DNA from: the human T2T-CHM13v2.0 reference genome, Homo sapiens
Assembly: GCF_009914755.1 (NCBI RefSeq)
Contig: NC_060939.1
DNA: 64,000 nt
Reading direction: 5' to 3' (one strand)
The notes under the pieces were generated by a model. That model had not been told where the DNA came from, searched no databases, and saw nothing but the letters and a program-made list of their open reading frames with translations. This document shows, piece after piece, positions 55,331 through 64,000 of this stretch. The position numbers and the translations under genes are program-made. Positions within the stretch are counted from its first letter, which is position 1. Every line of letters starts with the position of its first letter.

Positions 55331-56519
55331 CAGTCAGGACTGTACTCCATAGCCCGGCCTCACTGCTATTTGTAGTTTGGTTCTAAACTGCAGGATCCCT
55401 CAATTTACTCTGCAAAGTCCTGTACTCCAGCCCCAAATTACTTCACGTCCCCCGTGTTAGCTTAAGAGTTTCCAGCAGTGGGGTCTGGGTTTGTACTTCT
55501 CAAGAGCCCAGCTCTCCCCTTAGGCTGGTGGTATCACCTGGCACCCTACAGAGGACGCTGCCAAGGCTGGAGACAGCGCTCAAGAGGCCGGCTGGGAGGC
55601 AAGAGTCCGGGGAGGAAGGTGGAAGCCAGGGACGAGAGCAGTGACTTTGGGGTGTCAGGGAGGGCCAACATCAGAGGCAGATAAAACTGGCATGCTGGAT
55701 ATGAGGCACAATGAAGATGAAGTCCCAAGACAGGGTACAGGCAGGGGTGGGCAGTGCTACAAACTGAACTATGGAAAAAACAAAAACAAAAAAAAACAAC
55801 ACTCTCAACAACCTTGAGAAGGGGAATAGTTTGAGTTCTGTCCACCACAAAATCTATTTACCTGCTTCTGGGTAACTTTGAGGGTAAGAATTTGATTTCA
55901 ACACCTTCCTCTGGCAGACCATTTTGGTCACAGCCCAGGGGCCATGCCTGGGTGTCCTCTGTTATCTGCAAAATATGGGGGGCCTCAAGGACACCCCTCC
56001 CCCAGGAATCGTGTCCCCCTGGAGATGGGGAGCATGCAGGGAGGATGACTGGGGAGGCTCAGGGCTCTAGTACTCATCCCGGACTCTGAGCAGTGGAATG
56101 AATTCCAGCCCTCCTGCCCTCCTCTAACCACATGATTTGCGGTTGGGCTTAGACCAGACTGGCCTGCAGGGTGGGGCGCCATGCCTGCCCTTAGGCAGGT
56201 GTGGGGAAAGGCAGTGTGGGGAAGGCCCAGCCCCCGCTGTGTGCCCGGCACCAGATGGGCACTTAGCCCGTGGTCATGTTGCATGGTCACACCAAGCCTG
56301 GGAAGTGGGAATTATTGTCTTTATTGTAGAACTGAGCTACCTGACCCTCAAAAAGATAAAGGAGGTTGCTCAGGTCACAGGGCAAGTAATGACTGGCATC
56401 TGGCTTTGCCTGGTTGTGGCTTCAGCTCTCAGTTTACCCCTCCCTCCCCACATGTATACCCACTATCCTCTGCTCCATCAAGTGGAACTGTTTTCAGACC
56501 TCTCTAAATTAGCTCTCTC

Positions 56520-56750
56520 TGGCCTTTTCCATTCAGGCATTGCTTCCTGCAAGAAACCTTCCAGGATCCCCAGGCTGACAGCTCCCCCTCCTCTACACTC
56601 TTGCATTGCCAGGCATCCTCATTTGATTATAATTGCCTGGTGACTTGGCCTGCCCCACTGCATCTCAGTGTCTTTCCCTTTCCCACATCCCCAGACCTAA
56701 CACCTTCCCAGCACACAGTAGGTGCTCTATCTGTGTTTATCCAGTGAGTA
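56520..56750 (+). mobile_element. L2 LINE 3' fragment
   Basis: ttcaggcattgcttcctgcaagaaaccttcc...ccagcacacagtaggtgctc. Confidence 0.55.
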
Positions 56751-59195
56751 TCTCCAAAGCCTGTGTTCCTCCTCTGTACACTGAGGCTCGCAGCAGTGTG
56801 GTAGACAGTGAGGAAGAGCCTCTGGACAGAGTCCTGGGTCACCTCTATGAAAATCCAGGCCTTGCAGAGTGAGAATCTCTTGGTTATCTGTGACTTGGCT
56901 GAGACTGGGATGCTGGGAACCCCATGATAGCCCATCTGGACATGTGGAAATGTAGAAGTTAGAGGTTTTTATTGCTCTCTTATGAGTCTCTAGACAATTC
57001 CCTCTAGAAATGGCAGACCACAGCAAGAACCCAGGTGTGTCCAGAGCTTGGCAAGGGACCAAGAGGGATGCAGGCATGGCTCCACGACTAGCTGCTTGAC
57101 CCAATGTCGAGCCAGGAGGAGGTTGACTGGGGCTCTGACTCCCCATCCTGAAGACCTGCTCATAACCCTCCCCAGCTTTGCTCGTTGGACAGAGCCCTGG
57201 TTCCTCCAGAGTGAGCCGTGGAGGGCGTGGTGAATATTTGAACTCCATCTAAACCCAGCTGGGTACGTGTGCACGTGGGGTCTGGAGGCTGCTGATGGAG
57301 AAAGAGCTGGATGCGCATGACAGGACCAGGTTCAAGGCTGAGAGCTGCCTCTTCCTTGTCAGGCATTTGTGCGCAACTCTTGACTCTCCAAGTCTTAGTT
57401 TGCTCACCTATAAAATGGGAAACATAATACCAGAGTCATAAAGAAGGTTATGGAAGAGTGGAATTTAGAAAGCGTTTGGGTAATTCAACCAGACTGCCAA
57501 GAAAGTTACTCTGACTATAATAGGGAGTTTAAATAAACGTGGACTCTCTCAACTGAGGGGGCCCTGCCCTTGGCATCAAGAATATACACAAATGTGGACT
57601 TGATCCCTGCTTTCAAAGGTCTACGGTCTTGCAAGGGAGTCACAACTCACACAGATCCACAATCTCAGGAACATTTCCAGCGTGATGTGCTGAGCCGAGA
57701 AAGTGCAGAGGGGGTGAGGCCAGGTGCCAGAAACAGTCAGTAGGTGCCTGATGGAGGCAGAAGGGGCCTGGCTAATTCTTGAAGGAGAGGCAGGACTGGA
57801 GGTAGTAGAGTCCTCTCAGGCAGCAGCTTGAGGACCAATTCTCGGAGGTGGGACCAGACTTGCTCTGAGAGGGACCTGGACAGCAGAGAGGCTCTTAGCT
57901 GTCAGTAGGAAACCATTTTCCATTTCTGGAAAATTTGTAGGGAATGGAGGATGGGGAGTTGGGAAGCAAAGCCAAGGCCCCTCCATTCTACACAGGCCCC
58001 AGGAAGTGAGCCTGCACCTGTCTACCTTCCAGACTGCAGGCCAGAAGGAAATACGTTCAGGCAGCTTTGAAGCCAGGTCCCCATGTCTGTCAACCCCTGC
58101 TGCCTTGCCCAGAAAAGCCCCTGCTTTCCTGTGGTTGCAGTGTGGCCTATTCAATGCTGTCTAGGGTGTCTGTGTCAACACTCACTGATTTTCCATCCAC
58201 TAGAACAAGCAAATGTTCTGAAGGACGGAGAACACCCTTCCTCTCCAAGACTTTCTGATCATCTGGCTTGATTTAATTTCCTGGTGTGTATATTTTTAAT
58301 GTAATCATGAGAGAGCCTGTTGACTCTTTTACTTTTGGAGTTGATGCTTCCATTCAGAAAAAAATGGGGTTGGTATCCCTTCTCCTCACTCTAAACCTTT
58401 GCAAAAGGTAGTGCAGCAGGGCCTTGGTAGGGGCTGACCTGCTGGGTCCAGGGCAGAGCAGCGGATGTGGCTGGTGCAGTGGGCACATGGGCCACAAACC
58501 CTGATGTGGGGTCCCTGTAGGCCTGAGAGAGTTGACACCTCATGAGGCCACTAAGATTTCATGTGTCTCATCTTCAACCAAGGGCAGGTATTTCTCCCTC
58601 TGCCTCAGTTTTCCTCTTGCTGTCCCCTTCCTTACATCCCCCATCCCACATAAGAGGTGTTCACTGCAGGAGGGAGCTCTACTCTGAGTGTCGGTTTGGC
58701 TTGAGAGAAGGCACCAAGCAACAGGTTCAAGGGGTCCCTGGCTGCATAGCTGGCTTCCTTTTGAAATTCTTTAGCTTGGGAATGTCCTCAATAAAACCAG
58801 ACTAGGATTGGAGCACAACTCTTAAGTAACACTTAGCTCATGATGAAACCAGACAGCATGTAACACTATTGGTTCCACGTGGGGAATCTGGTTTTTAAAT
58901 CAATTTGGAATTCCATTTGGGTGGAAAGTTGGGCTCCACCTTTGTGACAGAGGGTTGGCCAGTGGGGGCTGGGAATTCCAGTTATGACAGAGATGGGGGG
59001 CTGCCATAGGGATGGAAAAGCTGGCAGGGGCACACAGCAAACAGGGAAATGGATATAGAAATCCAGTTTGGAAAATCACATTATGGGACAGGGTCAAGCC
59101 AACCTGGGTTCAAATCCCAGCACAAACCCTGAAAAGCAAACTATTTACTGTATCTGAGCTTTGAGAGAGTAAATAGCCTCTTTTGAGGCTTCTTC

Positions 59196-59275
59196 AAAGA
59201 AAGAAAAAGAAAAGAAAAGAAATAAAAGAAGGAAGGAAGGAAGGAGAGGGGAGGGAGGGAGGGGGGGAAGAAAGG
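59196..59275. repeat. Purine-rich (GAAAA)/(GGAA)/(GGGA) low-complexity tract
   Basis: aaagaaagaaaaagaaaagaaaagaaataaaagaaggaaggaaggaaggagaggggagggaggg. Confidence 0.9.
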
Positions 59276-59278
59276 TTG

Positions 59279-59621
59279 ATTCTTAGCCCTTTTAGGCTGC
59301 TATAACAAAATAACTAAACAGCATAGCTTATATACAACAGAAATTTATTTCTCACAGTCTGGAGGCTGAAAATCCCAAGGTCCAGGTGGATTGGTGTCTG
59401 GTAAGGGCCTGCTTCTGGCTCTCAGGTAGTGCCTCTTTGCTATATCCTCACATGATGAGGGTCTCTCTGGTGTCCCTTTTATCAGGGCACTAATCCAATT
59501 CACCAGGGCTCCACCTTCATAACCTAATCACCTTTCAAATACCACCTCCTAATACCATCATCTTGGGGGTTAGGATTTCAACACATGAATTTTAGGGGGA
59601 CAAAAACATTCAGACCATGGA
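59279..59621 (-). mobile_element. MLT1A/MLT1A0 MaLR solo LTR
   Basis: tcttagcc...ggctgctataacaaaata...aacagaaatttatttctcacagtctggaggctg...gggggacaaaaacattcagaccat. Confidence 0.88.
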
Positions 59622-59921
59622 AGGAAGGAAGGGAGGGAAAACATGCACCCTTCTCCAACACTACATGTTTTATTTAAAGTTGTATCATTAATTCCTGGCA
59701 GGGTGAGATAGAGGGAGTGATTACACCTGTGGTCAATCATTGTTAATTTGTATTGCATCTACTTATAAAGCTTCACGTTAGTTAAATACCCATTATCTTA
59801 GAACCCTAGAACAGGCCTCTTTATCTGCTGGACCTCCATTTCACCATCTAACAAAAGTAAATAATAAACAGAGTCGCTTTTTCTCAAGAGTCCACAGGTC
59901 GGAAAAGAAAGAGCATGTGTG

Positions 59922-60240
<319 letters not shown>

Positions 60241-60574
60241 TCAAATCAAGACCGAATGCCAGCCAACGGTATGAGCTGAGAACTGGTTTCCTCATTCAGT
60301 CATTCCATTGGATGTCTAGGAATTATTTCTTGAGCCCCCTGCATCTCAGTTTTCTCACCTGTAGAGTGGGTTTTCACCAAGGTCCTACACCGAGGTTGAG
60401 AGGATTCTATATGGCAACGTAAGTGAAAGTGGGCAGAGGAATGACATCTTTTCAGCAGCCTGCCAGGCATGCCCAGAGCACAGCTAACAAGGGAGGGGAG
60501 CAGAGCACATTCTAAGAAGATTTGTAAGTGGCCTACTGTGTGTTCTCTGGGAACTGCTATCTGGGCTCGTTAGT

Positions 60575-60760
60575 GAAGAGAATGGATAGTGGAGTCAAAC
60601 AGGAGAGAGTTTAGAGCCCTGCTTTGCTTCTAACGACCACTTTGGACAAGTCTCCTAATCCCTCTGAGCCTTAGTTTCCCTATCCATGAAGCATCTCTGT
60701 GTCGTAGGCACACTTAGAATGAGGCCAGGCATGTAATAAGCACCCAACGGCTGACTAGCT
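60575..60760 (+). mobile_element. MIR SINE
   Basis: tggagtcaaacagg...ctttggacaagtctcctaatccctctgagccttagtttccctatc. Confidence 0.65.
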
Positions 60761-62333
60761 GCTGCCCCACCACTCCGCCGAATCACATGTAACCCGAAAT
60801 TCAGAGTCAACATAAGGAAGAAAGACTGAGTCTCCTGCTTATTTTAGATTTGGCTGCAAGTGATTCAATGAAGCGCATGACACCATCCCTTGGCACAGTT
60901 TAGAGAACACGGTGAAATTTTAAATGAAGTTTGGCTAAAGACAGAGTGATTAACTGCTCACGCAGGTCCTTCTTTCTCTCCTCCCCAAAAGCCACAAAAA
61001 TCTAGCCAACTAGATGGAATTGTCATCATGTTGCATTGACACCCAACTCTGTTCCCATTAAATGCATTCATTAGCTAGTAAAAGTTCAATAAAGCCCCTT
61101 TTGATAGCTACTCACTTCTGCCCCCTCTCTACTTTCCCTATCAAAGACCCTCCCAAGTTTCCGTGCAGTCGTCAAAGCCCTCCACCAGTTTCTGCCCAAA
61201 CCATTACTTCTGAGGCTGGAGCTCCTGCAGAATGGAGAAACTGCCTTTAGAAAGATATAAATAGGGCCAATTTAGACGTCTTTCTTGCCATGGTTCCACC
61301 GAGGACTGAAGGACAAAATGAAGAGATTCCTGAGACTTTCTTTAAATGTTACTTCAACTCTTAGCTAGCTCCTCTTTGACAGCAAATGGATTTCAATTAT
61401 GCCAAGCCTGTGAGCAGGAAACATGGAATTTATGCCTTAAATTTCCCCCACTCACCAGTGATTCAGGTTTGTTTATGCCGCCAACAAATCTTTGCGCTGG
61501 TGACGTTAAGGTGCAGGGAGCCATGGTTTGATTTCTCACAGAAAAGCTCCCCATTCAGGGCAGCTTTCCAGGTGTGCTCTAGCACAAAGGCTTTGATAGT
61601 TGGTTGATTTCTCATTGAAGCCCAGAGTCAATCATACAGCTTTTGAGGTCCCTTCTGCCTGCCATGTTCTGCCCCACTCTGCCTAAATGCAGTGTCGCTG
61701 CAGGGGAAGCCTGTGGAGGTCAACAGCAGAACCACTGGGCCACTAGCTAGCTGAGGTGGCCTTGGATGGGGCCTCACCTGCTTCACAGGGTTGCTCTGGG
61801 GATGAAATGGAAGGTGAATTTCCTAGGAGCTATGTGGCTCTACACAGATGAAAGCTGTCACTGTCTTATCTGGCTTTCTGTCTGGTTCTGCCTGCTTGCT
61901 TCTTTCTTTGATGTTTTAGACTGGATCACAGCTGATGTTCATACGAGAAACTTCTAGACTGTTTTTTCTGCCCAAAGGACTAAATATTAATTTCTGTTAC
62001 CTACAGTTTTTCCAGGAGGATTTGCTTGTGCTTATCTGCATAGTGAGCCTCAAGATTCTATGGGAATGAACTTAAAAATCTTCTGGCAAGGCTGGGAGCC
62101 CCTGGAGAACCAGACCATGAAGAAGGAAGCCCCTCCATCTTCTAAAGAAGGTTGAGAGGTCCCCAGTTTACAGTGATACAGTTAGTATCACTGTGACTAA
62201 GAATTGGGTCAATTATATTAAAACACAGAATTCAGCGGTCTTAATCTGATTTCTGTTCTGGAAGCAATGATTATATATGCTGAGCCCTTGGCTAAGAAGA
62301 CCTTTATGTTTCCCTGAAAAAACTTGGGTAATA

Positions 62334-62655
62334 GGCCAGGTGCGGTGGCTCACGCCTGTAATCCCTGCACTTTGGGAAGCTGAGGCAGGCGGATCACCTG
62401 AGGTCAGGAGTTTGAGACCAGCCTGGCCAACATGGAGAAACACCCCATCTCCACTAAAAATACAAAAATTAGCCGGGCATGCTGGTGGGAGCCTGTAATC
62501 CCAGCTACCCGGGAGGCTGAGGCAGGAGAATGGCTTGAACCTGGGAGGCAGAGAACCTGGGATGCAGTGAGCCTAGATCACACCACTGCATTCCAGCCTG
62601 GGCAATAGAGTGAGACTCTGTCTCAAAAACAAACAAACAAACAAAAAACAGAAAC
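62334..62655 (+). mobile_element. AluSx-like SINE with (CAAA)n tail
   Basis: ggccaggtgcggtggctcacg...ggatcacctgaggtcaggagtttgag; TSD aaaaa(c/t)ttgggtaata at 62318-62333 and 62656-62671. Confidence 0.95.
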
Positions 62656-64000
62656 AAAAATTTGGGTAATAATGGCAGTAGATGAGCCTCATGTTCTTCT
62701 GGAGAAATGACTAGAATGTGGAGAAAACCCTGACCCTCCGATCCAACTGCTGCATAATGGGTATGCTTGACAACCTTTCTAGAACCTTTCTGGGTTGAAA
62801 GTAAGAGTTGTGGGAAAAAAACCAAACCACTACTAATGTTAAAAATAGCTAATAATTTACACATTATGAGATATATGTTATTTAATCTTCACAAAAGCCC
62901 TGTGAAATAGTCATTTTTAGCCTCGTTGTGCCAAAGCTGAGAGGAGGAAATGGCAGCTGAGAGCATTCCACGCCGGCTGTGTGAACCAATTGGTTGTCTT
63001 TGTGGCATCAAGGATCCAGCTGGGCTCCCCACTGTGCAGGGCTGAGCCTTGGGAAATACAAACACACATGCCTTCATCCAAGAGCGGAGGTAGAGGGTCA
63101 GGCAGGGAGGCCAAGCCACTGTTAGCTCTGTTTGCATGAACCTGAGGCTGTAGTGGTTCAGGAATGTGCTCGTCAGCTTTCCTGACGCCTGACGTGGACC
63201 AACAATCCAGTCTCAGCCCTAGACATGGGCCACCTGGGAGGGAGGCAGAAAGGAGGAAATGGGGTTGGTTTAGTGACCACGTGACCAAATAGGGGGCCCC
63301 TAGGCTGGCCCTCCCACTGATGGTGGGAAAGTGAGGGAATCTCTCCTCTCGAAAGCTGTTAATGGCTTGCAGCTGCCTATGATAGGAAGTCTGCACATCT
63401 TAGCTGTTTTTGAGCTAGACCTGATTCTTACCTGATTCTACCTTTCTGTTTGCAGATGTGGGAACTGAGGTCCAGAAAGAGATGTGTCAAAAAATAATAG
63501 AAAAGAAGGCACCAGACTAGGTCTCTGGTCCCAAACTCAGGACTATTCAGATGCTGCTCTATCCAGTCCTTGGCCCTGGCCTACAAGACCCTCACTGACC
63601 AGTCAAGGCCCATGCATTGCACACTTCCTCAGGCACAGGGCTGTGTGTGTCTCTGCGTCCCCGATGGCTGCCCAGCACAGGGGTGACACCCTGAGCTCCA
63701 CACATGCTTACTGAATGGATGGATGGATGGATCTGACTTGGGAAAATGTCTCTTCCCTCAGCAGCTTCCTTCACGTGCGTGTCCAGGGACATGGCTTCTT
63801 CTCTGGGACCATGTCCAGGAACCAACCAGCTCGAGGGCTAGGAGGGCTGGAGGTCACCTAGGACTGGTGGGGAAGGGTGGTTAGCAGGGAGGAAGCAGGG
63901 GCGGAAAACCTCCAGGGTGTTAAGCTTGTTTTCCCACTTAGACTAGAGGCTCCTTGAGGACAGGGGCCAGGTCTTCTCCCGCCACGGTCCTCAGACACAG

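Noticed and set aside
55022-55375. 117-aa Ala/Pro-rich ORF (AAAPPPPY repeats)
   Set aside because: Translation of the GC-rich minisatellite, GTG start; PPxY motifs likely incidental.

Overview
This is human/primate non-coding DNA, either intergenic or lncRNA intron, and it is dominated by transposable elements. I find no intact protein-coding gene and no tRNA, rRNA or CRISPR array. Main content: (i) a 5'-truncated but otherwise near-complete L1PA5/6-type LINE-1 (+, ~11546-17316) with decayed ORF1/ORF2, flanked by an unusually long ~131-bp direct duplication. It is nested in an older, apparently near full-length L1MB-type element (-, ~8015-20960) that also hosts an MLT1A LTR and an AluY. (ii) A processed pseudogene of GEMIN8 (-, 45130-46260) with poly(A) signal, poly(A) remnant and target-site duplication (TSD). 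(iii) Eleven Alu insertions, including a trimeric Alu and an AluJ with a possible 3' transduction, plus MaLR/ERVL solo LTRs (MLT1A, MLT2A, LTR33-like), hAT/Tigger MITEs (MER58A, MER20, MER5, MER53, MER103), many MIR/L2 fragments and microsatellites. (iv) A GC-box minisatellite followed by RFX-like and CCAAT motifs at ~55.06-55.33 kb (candidate promoter), several repeat-free motif-dense blocks (candidate enhancers) and one well-defined candidate + strand exon. Repeat subfamily calls come from recalled consensus sequences, not from a search. I do not see evidence for a new biological system; the notable items are atypical retrotransposition and repair signatures and candidate regulatory elements.
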